From Rhodosorus marinus CCMP1338 (Eukaryota > Plantae > Rhodophyta), in assembly GCA_029953675.1 (NCBI GenBank), contig JAMWBK010000003.1, positions 744,001-808,000 of the forward strand: a stretch of 64,000 nucleotides of DNA, given 5' to 3'. The notes under the pieces were generated by a model. The model searched no databases. It had not been told where the DNA came from and saw nothing but the letters and a program-made list of their open reading frames with translations. Positions 49,543 through 62,634 of the stretch are shown one piece after another (position 1 is the stretch's first letter; each line of letters opens with the position of its first letter). The position numbers and the translations under genes were made by a program.

Positions 49543-50532
49543 AACTTCCCTCCTCCCAAACACCTCCAAACCCGACCTAACGCAACCCCCAAACCACACC
49601 ACCCAGCACGACGACTGTCCGCCCGAAAAAGTTCAGTCCTCCAGAATACCAAAAACAGGTTTTGCAAGCCTCCCCACCAAAACAGTGACACACAACAAAA
49701 AAAAGCAAAAAAAACTTGTAGCACTTGTAGCAAACAGCAATTCTCTAACTCCGCTCTCACTGTTGAATACTCATGCCTTCGATGAGATGTAGACGTAACC
49801 CATCCCCAAAAACTACCTCCTCAAACCAAAAGTTCTCCCTTTCTCCCACCCGTAACATCTTCCTCGCCGACCGCTTCGCCAAGACCTGAAAACTGAAAGT
49901 CCATTAGTGATTGAACTGAAACGAACAACAACTATACATGAGCTTCAATATAATATCCTATTTCATTATATTTATTTTGTAATATAAACATAAAAACAAG
50001 GGTTGATTTTAATTTCCAATTAATGATTATGGGTGGACGAATTATATTTGAATTCATGCTTTGCGTCGAGGAGGGTGGGCATGTGTCGGAGTTCTGATGT
50101 CTCAGTCTTGTTCCGCGCGCATGTGGCGGTGACTCTGTGTACGCAGGATACCCTTTCCGTAGGGCCAAACTTGCTTTGCCCATACTGCGCTGATTTGATT
50201 TTCTTCAGCAAAAAGTCGTTGGAAGAAACTGATCAGGAACGCGCCGTAAGTACCGTCGGCGCTTCCGACCGTGGGTGTTTCAGCCGGCCATAGTATTTGC
50301 TGGCAAACGCTTCGTTTTTGATCGACAGCTATCCTGTTGGCTCGCTGAACTGACACTCTCTACGCTACGGACAGATCCTACGGTGCAGTTTAATCAGAGT
50401 TCATTCCCGGATGAAAGTTAAAAGACGGTTTTTTTAATCGAGCCACTGCATAAAAATCGTGCTCCTGATGGACTCGTAAAGTCCATCAGAAGGCTTTCTC
50501 GGAGTTTTCGCAAGCGATGGGTGCTTGCGATT

Positions 50533-52834
50533 CTATTTCGTCTTTGCGAACATGTTAGAATACAGGCTTTTGTCTGCTTCATCTTGCTTCGCGATTATTC
50601 TACTCAGCTCTGCAAGTTTTCTCTTCACCTCGGTGTTCTCCGGCTCAACTTCAAGAGCGCGCTTAAAGTCCTGCTCCGCCTTATAAAAATTGTCCAGCGC
50701 CAAGTACGCACATCCGCGTCTGTACAAAGCCTACGGATGGCAAAGGAGCAAACGCATGTACGTGTTAATGCCAACCGGCAATTAATGACCACACCAGGGC
50801 TGCAAACTTTGGAAGTTTCTCATCAATTCATACCTTGACGTTTGTTGGTTCTATGTCTATAGCTTTCTTCGTGTGGACCAAAACCTTGTCCATATTGTTC
50901 TGCTTCTTGTAGCAAGCCGCCAAGTTCAAGTGACATGCCATGGTCAACTCGTTCACTTCCTTGGCAACCTCAGGAGATAACTCCGCTGTTCTGTACTCGA
51001 ACAAGCTGGTTCCGATCTCATAGTGTCTGCGTCGTCCGGTATTCATAGAGTGCAGCAGTTCGTTAGCAAAACGCATGATCCATGCCAAAGATAGCGCCTT
51101 GTGGCGGGGTTGCATACCTCATGGCGAGCTTCAATCGTCCAACATTGTACAATTGATTGCCTTTCGCCTTCCTCGCGATGATTTGCTTTTTCTTCTCATC
51201 AACGGATAGACTCCATGAGTCTTTGGAGCGATCAAAAGAGAGCAGCTCTATTTTTACCTCCAGATCATCAGTGGGCTTGATTCTCGGCGGACACATGTTC
51301 GGGCAGGAGCCAAACGCATACGGGGCTTTCAGATACACAATCGCGATCTCGTTGAGCTTCATTTTCTGGACCGCCACGTCAATGCCTATTTGGAAAAGAT
51401 AAGTTTCATCGAAAACCGCGTCAGCAAAGTGAAAACCGCAAAATTTCACAGAACAGGAAAACGGGAAGTATCCAGGGCTCAAAGTTAAGAAAGTGGACCT
51501 AAGCGTGTACCTTCAGCCACCGCTCCATCGATGACGGTGAATATGAAGGGCTCATGCTTAATTGCAACATCTCCAGCTACGCCATTAGTCACAACCCTGT
51601 ACTCAATGTTCACTGACACAAACGCCCCTTCGTTTGGGGTTTCCCATCCGTCTCCCTCCCTCAAAACTTTCTTCATTACTCCGTGGTCTCCAGAAACATC
51701 CTCTACCTTGAGCCAATGCAGCAAGGTGATGTCGTACTGCACCTTTGTCACGTCTGCTGGTACAAAGTCCAAACCTAATTTGCCACCAAGAGATTACAAT
51801 GTGGATGTAAGTTGTACAGCCCTTGGGCACGGCGTACGACCGAACTCGCTCTTGGACCCAGACACTGACCTGGGCCAGTCACACACGGCGGTGTGCAGAT
51901 CAAGCTTACGCTTCCGTCCTTCTTCATGTCCTGTACGATCTTATCCCAAGCCTTGTGTGCAGTACCCGTTCCCACAGAGAAGACTTTTTCACCGTCAAAC
52001 AAAACCTTCCCAGGACCAGGTTCCAACCTCTTGGCTACTATTTTGCATGTGACTTCCGAGAAAATTCCCGGTCTCTCCCAACCTCCGCCTTCGGTTTCAC
52101 TCGCTTTCATCACTGACCCATCCCCAAACAGATCCTTTGAGCTTATCCAGTTCTCAAGCTCCATCTCAAATGTTAGAGTTGCGTTTGGAGGGATTCGAGG
52201 AGGGGAACCTGTCTCTCCGTAGGCATAAGCGGGAGCGAGAGTTACCAAAGCCTTCTCTCCCTTTGCCAGAGTTCTGGTTACCAGGTCCCACCCTCGAATA
52301 ACTAGGAAGCGAGCAACGACATTTCACTTGAATTAGAAACAAGGACAATCCCCAGGCGATCAAACCAATAACGAGTCCCGCATTTGCGACTAATGCCTCG
52401 AAATGCTAACACAAGTAGGATCCAACACTACCCAGGAGACTCCACTACCCAGGAGACTCCGAAATTGTCCAGTTGAGGGGGGGACCAACGTACCACTCCC
52501 CTTGCCAAGCTTAAACTTAAATGCCTGTCCACGGGTTCGACTGCTGTCAACAATTGATCCGTCCTCCAGCTTACCCACGTAGTGCATGACGATCTACACA
52601 GCAACGCAATCCAGGCACAAGAACTCAGACTCAAGTACATGCCATCCAACCCACCAGCTAGTGCTCAAAAATTAGACTTTGAAGACAGCACTCGATCAAA
52701 AAATCTCTCACCTCATCCCCTTTTTCCGGGCGTTCCGCGCCTCTGCCGGCCTGGAGAATCTCCTTGATCACTCCGCCATCTCCAGTCAAGTCGCCGCTCT
52801 GCTTGAGCTCACCGACGTCCTCCATATTAGACAT
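50533..52834 (-). CDS. FKBP62: Multi-domain FKBP peptidyl-prolyl isomerase with three FKBP domains and TPR (FKBP62/ROF1-like), multi-exon
   Basis: DLTGDGGVIKEILQAG, HYVGKLEDG, AYGETGSPPRIPPNATLTFEMEL, KDLFGDGSVMK, VSGDHGVMKKVLREGDGWETPNEG, KAKGNQLY, CHLNLAACY, YRRGCAY. Confidence 0.94.
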
Positions 52835-54229
52835 AACGTCGCTTCGAATAAAGATAGCTTATCCAAGCCTCGCCCTCCCTGCTCCTCCGCAAAAACTCCT
52901 CAACGAAAATCAACCATCCACCAGTAGCTCCCCCCCCCCAAGCAGAAAACGCTTGAAAAACAACTCAAAGGAATCGTTAAGCTCAACAAAAACAGCCGAA
53001 TTCTCCTTCAGATCGTTCTCCTCAGACACCCTAAGTGCATTGAACACTGCATCCACCCTCCCCCCATCCTCCCCAGCACCTCTACGCCTTCCCCCCCTAT
53101 TCATCCACTAACTAAACGAGATCCTCTATTTGTACATAAAGAAATTATGTCGCTTCATGGGTTTTTCCCATTTGTTCATCAAACAAATCGATCATGGGAA
53201 GGTCAAAAACAACCAAAAAACCTTTTCTATGCACTAGATCGACCCTATCGGATGAAATATGGGATTGACCTGTTCTTTTTCTGTCTCTATTGTCCGTAAT
53301 CCGCCGTTCAATTCTTCATTATTTCAATCACAAATGAGTAGTTCTGGAAACGCTGACCTCCTTTTTTTTGCTAATATGACTTAAAAAAAGAAGGCTCTAG
53401 ATATTCCAATCATAAACTTCTTCCCTAGAATAATCTCAGAAACTTAACATCGGTCGAAAAAGCTAATTCTAGACATAAATCTCAGATGTTGACTAAGCAG
53501 GTTGTAAAGAAAGGAGGGAATTGGGCAGACTGCATCGAGATTTGAGGCCCTAGGAAAACCTGTAAAGATAGAAGTATCCGTTACAATTGATTTTATTTCA
53601 ATTTTTATTTGTGCCGTGCGGAGTTGGATGGGGGAGGGTGCTTTGAGTCTCACGACAATTTTTTCGGATATATTTGGTCTTAATTAGACTCGTGAAGACG
53701 AGGAAGGGTGGCTTGCCTAGGACCTGGATTTCAGATTTTGTTTAGCATGATTGAAGGATATTTGTTTAAAATTTGATATATTTTATAGGGTTTGCCCGAA
53801 CGAGGACGAATGTTGAGTAGGGGGAGGGGGGGTTGTTGGCAGCTGGTCAGTTTTGTAGGTCAGCGACACTTTGTAATGCGCGTCGGACAAGGACTGCTTT
53901 CGGGCGCAGTGCCCTGTACATAAGCTACCGGTAGGAATACCCGAGTACATATTTTCATCACGGCCTCTGGATTCATGGGCAAAAAATGGGCAAATCCCAA
54001 GACGGCCTGGTTTGCCCGCTGGAGGTAGCAGAGAGTCGACTTGGGTGCAGTGTTTGTGGTGGGTTCCTGCGCCTACCTAGATCCCTATGGAACAATACTG
54101 TGAAAGTTCCAAACGGGGAAACGACTCGGACTCAGGGTAGGACCTGAGGGCAAATATGAGCTTCCTGAAACGCTCCCCATCCTTTCTGGCCTCCCGAGTT
54201 GACCGCTTCTGAGCTACGCACATATTCCC

Positions 54230-54830
54230 GAACTTGAAGCCGTGCCCGGGAGAAGCGGTGGCGAGGACCTGCTATCCAACCTCCAAGCTGGGAGCAAAAA
54301 AATCGTTGCGATCGGGTGCAGATTGGGTGTCGTCCGTTGCTCAGTTTTGTCGGGATTCCAATTTTCGCGGCAAATTAGTCTGGTTTGGCTCTCGAGAATG
54401 TGGATATTCAACGCAAAACGCTCAGCCGTCGGCGTGAAAAAGTGCATCTCTCGCTCGGCTCGTATTGGCATTACAAGCTTCTTTGAAGATGCCAGCTTAA
54501 CACCGCACCGCGATGAACCCTCAAGCGAGTGGTTCTCGTTGATAGTCCGCAATATCAACCCCCGCAAAAGAAAACCTCTATAAGTGCGGCGCGAGTTGTG
54601 GCAGCTCTGAAAGGCTCAGCTCTTGACTCACGCTCACGCCGACACCGTGTATTGACGGGAGCGCATAGGGCGTTCCCCGTCTGCTATTTGGATCGGGTGT
54701 TCGATCCCGGCTGCGCAGACCACGCCGTTACATACTCCCGAGGAACTCGTGGATCAGATATTTCTCCACATTGGGCTTGCAACTCCGTGTCTTCAGAAAA
54801 CTAGCTCAAAGGAACAAGTCCAGCAGCTCG
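54230..54830 (+). mobile_element. Highly decayed Ty3/gypsy-like integrase fragment
   Basis: KLGAKKSLRSGADWVSSVAQFCR (zinc region-like), GVPRLLFGSG and STLGLQLRV (core-like) in the correct order, with stops. Confidence 0.35.
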
Positions 54831-56271
54831 ACTTCCATAGCAGGCTTGGCAGTCCTGGAGTTTGTTCCTCACCTTGTCTCATGGATATGAACGCACGAGG
54901 TGTACGTTCGACAGGATGAAGTTTATTTGGAGACTAGAACGGAAAAGCCCAGGGGGGAAGATAGACTACTTGCAGGTGTGCAACTCTGCGCCACAGCTGG
55001 TTTTCTCGTCACCAAATCTGGTAAGTAATAACATAGTACAGGTACTATTAGGAACTAAGCATCGTCGAGAGTTGTTTTTGACCACTGCAGGATTCGGATG
55101 CAGTCAACATTGCGGAAAAGTTGAAAGATAGACCAACAAAGAGAGGATTTCAAGTATATTGATTGACAGGGTTCTTGCTCAACCTGCGATTCGTTTTCAG
55201 TTTTAGAGCCAGCTGTTGATGCTTAATTGGCTCTTTTACGAACTTGGCACATCTTAATTGGCTGTGAACAATCCAGGTGTGCCATACACTTGTGGATGTC
55301 ATCTAACGGCAAAGAATCCCCACCCTTCTCGCGGACCGCTCATGAAACAAGTTCTACTTTCTAGTCAGAAAACTCCGTTTTGGTAGACAATCACCCAATT
55401 ACAACCCCCAGGGAATTCTGAAATATCCACACCGTATATGCCCTACTATTCAACCCTTGGCACGGATCCGTAATTCTTGGTTTCAACTCTTCCTACCCCC
55501 ATGTCAAGGTATCCACCATCCACTACATTACTAAAATAGCTCATCGCTATTGTAGCCGATTCGACAAGGGGAGTAACTTCGAATCAAACACCATCCAAAG
55601 CATACGACGCAATAACGGGGGTGCTGAGAACTATCGGAAATAAATTTATCCATTTTTCAAGTCCACCGGAGCTACCGAGAGATCGACGAAATTTTTCCTG
55701 CAATAGATAATTTCAACGCGTACTGATTACGTTTAATTCCCTGGATCTCGTTGGACGTGAGCACAACCAATGGAAATTACATTCACCATACAAATCCCTT
55801 CCTAGTAGACGGAACACAGCGCAGGAGCAGGAGGAAGTAAGGGCGGGGTGGGGGGGGTAAGGTGTAAATACCAATACATGTGAAACAAAAAAATGTTAAA
55901 AAGTTACGAAACAACCATTTTGAGCTTTCGGAGAGTGAAAAAGGGGGGTAATAAAATGGCTCTTATTCTGTGCACAAACAAAAAGCAAAGCGATTTCGTG
56001 GGTGAAGAGCGTTTCCGTTTTCTTGACGGGTTTAGCCGGTCATCATAATTCCTTTCTTCAAATTTTTTGGGTCTTAGTGAGGATGACTGGTGTTCTATGT
56101 CTTTTGACGGGTGCAAACATCTGATGGGAAGGGCGGGGGACTTGGGAGAAAGTTTGCATGTTATCTCTGGGGTATTGTTTTCTTGGGAGGTAACGAGGAA
56201 GGGGTAGAGTTTGTATTTTTTTTGTAGAGGGAGAGGGAGTGTGTGGTTATTTTCCCAAGACGTTTGATAGG

Positions 56272-56852
56272 ATGGCATTCGTGAGTGGATTGACCTTTGC
56301 GGTGAAGAGCCCCGCTAGAGCGGATAACGCATGCGCGAGCAGACGTTCGTCCGTGGTTATGAGCGGTGAGGGAGGTAAGTGTTTTTTTGAAGAAAAAGGA
56401 ACCGTTTGCCGTTCAGAGTTTGTACCTCCGATGTGGAGTCTTGTCTGTTTGGTCTTGCTTCCTGAGGGGTGAGATGCGGGGTGGGAGGGGGTGGGCTGTT
56501 TCTTACTTGATTGTTCGTCTGTTCGCTTTTTGCCGTGTTAGAAAACAAGTGGAAGACGCAGTTGGCTGGAGGCTTCCCAGGTGGAGAAGGATTCTTTAGG
56601 AAGTGGCTTGACGAGGGTATGACCGGCTACGTCCCTGATCTTGATGATGAAAAGCAGGTTGGATCCAAGCCGGCAGGCAGCGCAGCATCAACCCCGGCAG
56701 CACCTACCCCCGCAGCACCTACCGCAAAAGGAGAGGCTGCGGTCAACCCACCAAAACCCGTAGTTCCGGAGGCCGTGAGCGGAGATACAGAGCTTGTGAT
56801 GGAAACTGACGCAAACGGTAAAACGCGATTCGTCATGAAAGCAAAGGAGTAA
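56272..56852 (+). CDS. Small plastid-targeted protein of unknown function with a GGFPGGE motif and Pro/Ala-rich linker, 2 exons
   Basis: MAFVSGLTFAVK...VVMSGEG|ENKWKTQLAGGFPGGEGFFRKWLDEGMTGYVPDL...; GTAAGT donor and in-phase acceptor. Confidence 0.8.
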
Positions 56853-58799
56853 TCCGTTGCGAAATAACCTTTGTTCTTCGAAAAGCGTTTGATTTACGTA
56901 AAGCAGCAGTATGATGTGAAACTGACCCCGGATTCACAGTGAATACCTCGTACGTGATGAAGAAGTTTTCACCTTCTCGTTACACGTCAATTCTCCCGCC
57001 GAGATGTTTCCCAGTGAGGATCTCTTACGATTGAGTGACCGCTGACAGCCTTTCCCAGAGGAACGCGTCACAACTCTCACGGTCTGTCAAAGGCGAAGGA
57101 GAATCCCCTTTGCTCCGTGAGCGCTTCGTCAAACTAATTCTCAACAAGCTTGGGAAGCCTCCATCAGCAACTGCGCAACTCGCTCAAGCGCAACATCACA
57201 AGCGGTGCTGAGGCTTGGCGACGCGAATTTCTCTTGTTAGAGTCCACTATCAATACTTTCGCAGGAAAGCGGAGCATATATTGGTGTTTCTGTGTTCGAG
57301 TGTTCCATCAAGACTGTCGATACCATATACATTCCGTTCACATTCAGCTCACATTCAGCGAAGCATGCATGGGTAATATCAGAGCTGCCCCGAGGCTTCA
57401 GTGAGTCGCTTCTGACTACAAATCAGACCGCTACCGACTTCGGACTGCTCCATCTGGGACGTCCCGATCTGGACCAGATCAGCTTTCGTAGAATAGCGAC
57501 AAGGGCGACCTAACATGTGTTCTCTACCAGGGCCTTCGAAATAAATCGGTGCGTGGATCGCACCTCATGGACTCCCATGTCTCGAACGGATCATAGCGAT
57601 GATAAAGTCCTTGTCAACACATTAAATCCTTCTTGCCATTTAATCGACACTATGATGTACAGGATCCACACAGCTCTCAGCAACACGATTCCCGTGGGAT
57701 TTGCACCCTGAAGAGCCAAAAGAATGACTTCCACTGCACGGTGATCCAGTTCAGAACCTCCCTTCATTGGGTAGACTATCCTCCTCTCCGAATCAGCAAG
57801 CTTGATCGGGTCGCGGCTTCAACATCCGCACAAGGAGCAAGCGCTCTCCTACAACTTTGATCCAGATAACTTGAAACGATAATGACCGGAAGCAGAAGTT
57901 GGATATCTACTCTATGTTTAAGAATAGATCCTTTCTGCTCTCCGCAACCAAACCACAGCTATATACCCTTCCCAAAACGCAGTTCCATGCTTCTCGGATA
58001 CCTTCCATTTTAATTCCAACATCTCTAAAATACCTTCGAATTTCATCTATTGAGAAAATAGTATCCTTTTTCTGTGTAGATTTGGTCCATAAGTTCAAAC
58101 TTTGATTCCTACGCTCGCAGTTTAATTCTTTTTCTTAGAATTTTTGTTCTGCGAGTGCATAATTAGGGCCTTCCATGGATTTTGGCCAAGATTTCTGGTG
58201 ACGAGGTGACGAAGGCGTACAGTCTCCTGTTTAGTGGCTTCTCATTGCCCCAGATCGTCAATGGCTCTGAGCTTCGGCTCGACAGCTTGAGTAGCCCCAG
58301 GCAGACATTTCTGCTAAAATTTAATATATATGTGTCGCGTTGAGGCACCCAGTACTTCTCTGGATGGTGCTACCTTCGGTTCGATGAGTCGAGCCCAAAG
58401 TGAGCTATGACATTGCCATGAAATTGTAGGACCTCAAGGGTTATTGCAGTATTACAGATATCTAGGGGACTGTGAAGGTTGGTTATGATACTGACTAGTG
58501 CTAGAACCGATATGAGAGACTCTGACAAGCGTCCCCGCTGTTGCAACGCAGATCTTCTTCTGCTGGAATTGGCTTTTCCGGCGAGGACTGGTTATCGTCG
58601 GGATTGGTCCATGAATATCCGAGATCTCTCGTGGCGGACGGCGAGAGCTTGTCTTATCCTGGTAAGTCAAACTATGGTGTGAATCCTTTAGAAAGCATGT
58701 TCTGCCAGAACAGTACGCCCTCGTGTAGAAATTGATTTCTTCCCTGCGTGGTTTCCGTAGGATATTCAACAGCTGGAAGGGTAAGGTTTAGATCGTTGC

Positions 58800-59250
58800 C
58801 ACTCTAGATCTGGAAATGAATGGCTCTGGCTGAGAAAGGTGGAGAGTGGTGGTCCTGATGTTCCAAGAGCAAGAGAACACCGCCTTGAAGGCCGTGGAAT
58901 TTCCTGGCGTGGTTCAATCAATTCCCAACCCGCCAAAACTGGACCGTCCAGTCAAGCACCAGAATATGACACCCAGCCTTGGGTTGTCCCCAATGTCACT
59001 GGAACCGGCGAGTCTCGTGTTCCTTGCTAAACACTTACAAGATCTCCACGATTCATCCCATCTTCTCTCTTAACTTCCAGAGTGACGCAACCCTTTCAGC
59101 TGCGAATCATCTCTTGAATCGAAGCCCAAGCCCTGCATCGCATGAAACGGACTCAAAAGACCAAAACAAACGAAAACGAAAGCACACGAGGCTGTTTGCC
59201 GTGAGTTGTACCAGCTTTCACCCTGAGATCTCTTCACCACAACGGCAGGC
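58800..59250 (+). mobile_element. Decayed Ty1/copia integrase fragment; weaker gag/protease-like traces upstream to ~57100
   Basis: EKGGEW (cf. DNGGEY), RGISWRGSI, ATLSAANHLLNRSPS (cf. AVxTAxHLLNRSPS), HTRLFAVSC (cf. HLRVFGC). Confidence 0.55.
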
Positions 59251-59991
59251 TGCTACAGGGCTTGACGGAGAAGCAGCAGGTTCAGCAGAAACATTAAGGA
59301 AACGAGGAAGTGCAGAACAGAGCTCACCTTCGTTGCAAAGTCCCATATGGCTTCGCCCGCCCTTTCTTGGGTAGACGAGCGGCAGAAGGAACGGAAACAG
59401 CCTGTGCAGCGGTTTTGTCAAAAAAAGGACCTTCGAACATGCTGATTGGGAACCCCCCGAGGATCCAGGATCTCCACGGAAAGAGACGATCAACTACGCA
59501 GCTATATATCTGTAGATCTGCATCGCATCTTGTGCGCAACAGTGCTCACAACGAAACAAAAGCTGAGCTTTGCGAGACGCGGTGGTTGAATGCGCATCGT
59601 GTTTTGCTGTTCAGTCAGTTCATTGAAGGCATATCTTCTGAAGCAATTCACAAAGGGGCTTCGATGATGTCCCCTTGGCTCAGTCAGGGCGCGAATTCCT
59701 GCTTTGTCAAAGTCAACGCTCGGGGCAGTTCATGATGACGACAACAGAAGCTGCCTATTCGTGGTACTTGAGACCATCGGGCGAAGAGCTGTAACGTAAG
59801 CCTTCCAAGATCTGTTCACCTTCAACGGAGCTGGTTTTTTCGTCAATCGCTGAGAGACAACCGAGGTGATGACAACACGATCGTCATCGGCCAGGCTCAC
59901 ACATGTGATAGACTGTACGAATTACATTCTACAGGAACACAGCCTCCTACCGATCGCCCTGGTCAGGCGCACACCGGTGATAGACTGTTAA

Positions 59992-60331
59992 GAATTACAT
60001 TCTACAGGAACATAGCCTCCGGGATGCCATACGCGAGCCCAGCGAGCTGACGTTCCGATGGTGTTTCGAAAGACATGTCCGAGCAGAACGGGATTCTTGT
60101 TGGACATGGTAGCGGTACGCTTTCAATTACAGGGGAAATCGGTTCCAAAATGTGCCTTTATGAATTACATTCTACAGGAACATAGCCTCCGGGATGCCAT
60201 ACGCGAGCCCAGCGAGCTGACGTTCCGATGGTGTTTCGAAAGACATGTCCGAGCAGAACGGGATTCTTGTTGGACATGGTAGCGGTACGCTTTCAATTAC
60301 AGGGGAAATCGGTTCCAAAATGTGCCTTTAT
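59992..60331. repeat. Perfect tandem duplication of 170 bp, plus an earlier partial copy of its 5' part near 59906-59948
   Basis: GAATTACATTCTACAGGAACATAGCC...TGTGCCTTTAT at 59992 and 60162, identical by eye. Confidence 0.95.
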
Positions 60332-60405
60332 GTCTGACTGTCACTCTATGTCTTTTAGCATTTGGTGCTTGCCTTTCCCGCTGAGGAAACTTCCACAAAA
60401 AAAAA

Positions 60406-60849
60406 TTAGTAGCTGACGGCCGAGTTTAGGATCACGGCCTTGACCGCTTCGTAGGTAATTTCATCAGTGTCTGTCGCCTGCACCATAGTCTGGATGCCCT
60501 CCAAGTTCCCTTGCAACGCAATTTTTGAGGAAGCGTACATCATTTTGGACTTGATTTTGGAACTTTCCGGAGTCCAGCAGATCAACACCACCCGGCTCTT
60601 CTTGATGTCGGAGGCAACGTACTCGAAATCGTAGATGAAATACCGGCACTCATTCTCATTCAGCATCGATGCGTACGAATCGTACTCCGCTTCCGCGGTC
60701 GTCCCTTCCTTGGGCGCCAAGGTTTGGTCGATCTCGATTTGGGTCAAATCATCAGAAATCTTCAACACCAGCCCACGATACTGCCTCTTAACAAGCAGAC
60801 CCTGAAAAGCGGGTCCCACATCCTTATCAATTCCAATTCCAGATGCCAT
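60406..60849 (-). CDS. ADF: Cofilin/actin-depolymerising factor, intronless (147 aa)
   Basis: MASGIGI..., ECRYFIYDFEY, WTPESSKIKSKMMYASSK, VQATDTDEI. Confidence 0.96.
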   Translation of the reverse strand: MASGIGIDKDVGPAFQGLLVKRQYRGLVLKISDDLTQIEIDQTLAPKEGTTAEAEYDSYASMLNENECRYFIYDFEYVASDIKKSRVVLICWTPESSKIKSKMMYASSKIALQGNLEGIQTMVQATDTDEITYEAVKAVILNSAVSY

Positions 60850-62634
60850 CGTTTCTTCGCGCAAACAACAACAAAAACAACAAATCCAAACGCAAACTCC
60901 CTCTAAACAAAAAAAGAGCAAAACAAGTTTTCCTCGACACTCTTCCCTTCCACCTTCCCCTCTCCCCACACACACAGGACACAAATATCCCCGCAAAACA
61001 CAGATCCTACAAACTCCCTTCCCTCACAACCCCTTCCTCCCCTTCCTCCCCCCAACTAACCCCCAACACACACCCACGCCACCCCCGAAACCCCAAAGTC
61101 TAACCACACTAATCTAAATCAATATAATCTTCCCTCACATTACTAAAACATTTCCAAATATCCACAAATTCGGTACCCCCCCCTTCCCCCCTTCTCTCAT
61201 CCCCTCCTCCCTTCCCCAACACCCCCCTCCACAAGACATCGAAAGACCGTCCTTACCACTGCTGGCCTTTTTCTTGTGAGTCTGTTCTTTCCCACAATTT
61301 CAAAACCAGCCACTCAAATTTATGTTTTGAGAAATTAATCAGAAAAAAAAAACACGCGCACAAGCTATGAAACTATAAATCTTCAGGGGGGATGGTTGCA
61401 TACCAATTAACTCGATATGATAAACTTGTATAGGGGGTAAATATATTTAAATACTTTGTTTTACTAATAAACATTCTAGTTTTGTTTCTTGTTGACCCCC
61501 TTAACCTTGAATTGGGATGACATTGTTTTGTTTAGGGGGGGGGGGTTGAGGTTAATTCGACATGCTCGATTTCAGTCAGTGTAGATCGTGTCTTATATCC
61601 AAATATTTCTAAATTATATTAACTTAATGACAATGCTAATTTCGCTTGAAGTTCCCGGGGGGACGGACTTCAGCGACTACAGGATAAACAGTGGCTGCTT
61701 TGGGCTCTATTTAGAGGAACTGACGATTTAGCGGATCCATTTTAGGGGTAGGAACGCGGGTTGGAAAGGATAAGTCTTCCATTTTATTGTCGATTACCCG
61801 GTCTGATTCAACGTATAGACAACAACTGGTCCTTCTGATAGATGTTTTATGATTATAAAATTAGATATTGGAGGACATTTTATATCGTATTTATTGATAA
61901 AATTGTTGATAAATGTCTGGGCATGTCGGGATACTATCGACCGGGGTCCCGCGCGAGTTCGACTAGACCGACGTGTAATCGGGGAAAATGATTTTTTTGA
62001 AATGAATTTAAACGTTTCTCTTACAAACACGTGTCCAGAGATATTTTTTTTCCGGGGGGTAATGGGGGAACAACGAGCGCGTGGTGCGTTTTTACTATTG
62101 TTCACGTGCTGAGTGTCATGAGAGGCATATCTTACGGGGAATACGTAAATATAAGACAGATAGTTTCTTAATTTGTTCGGACAATGTATTACGGTACGCA
62201 GGGGGTCAATGTAGAAGCAAAAAAGAGGTTCCTAAGATTGAATAAAAGTTGAAATACAGATATACTTATGGTATATTCATATTTTGCAAAGGGTGGGTAG
62301 ACTATTGATCAAATCGCAGATTTCTATATTTTGGATTAATGAGCCTTTGATTTCGAGACAACACCTAGTACGGATCGTAAAAACCATGCCCTACAATCAG
62401 CTACCGCCCTTGAAGCCGATTGTCGTTGAGAGCCTGCAGGTCCCTTTCGAGCTGGAGCGGATTAAGAGCGCCCGGCCAGCTTTGAATTCCATCTCTCCCT
62501 ACTCCTGAGTCATGGGCTTACGAGGAGGATGTCCAGGAATGCAATATTTCCACACACACACCCGCAGCAAACCTGGAAGGACTTGGAGGTTGACGAATCG
62601 GGCTCTCCCAGCTGGTGGGATACCGTTAATGCGA

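Noticed and set aside
50033-50293. Zinc-finger-like CPYC ORF
   Set aside because: No second ligand pair, no gene-like context, no family recognised
54660-54720. tRNA-like GTTCGATCCC motif
   Set aside because: Too short for a cloverleaf; T-stem and acceptor stem do not pair properly
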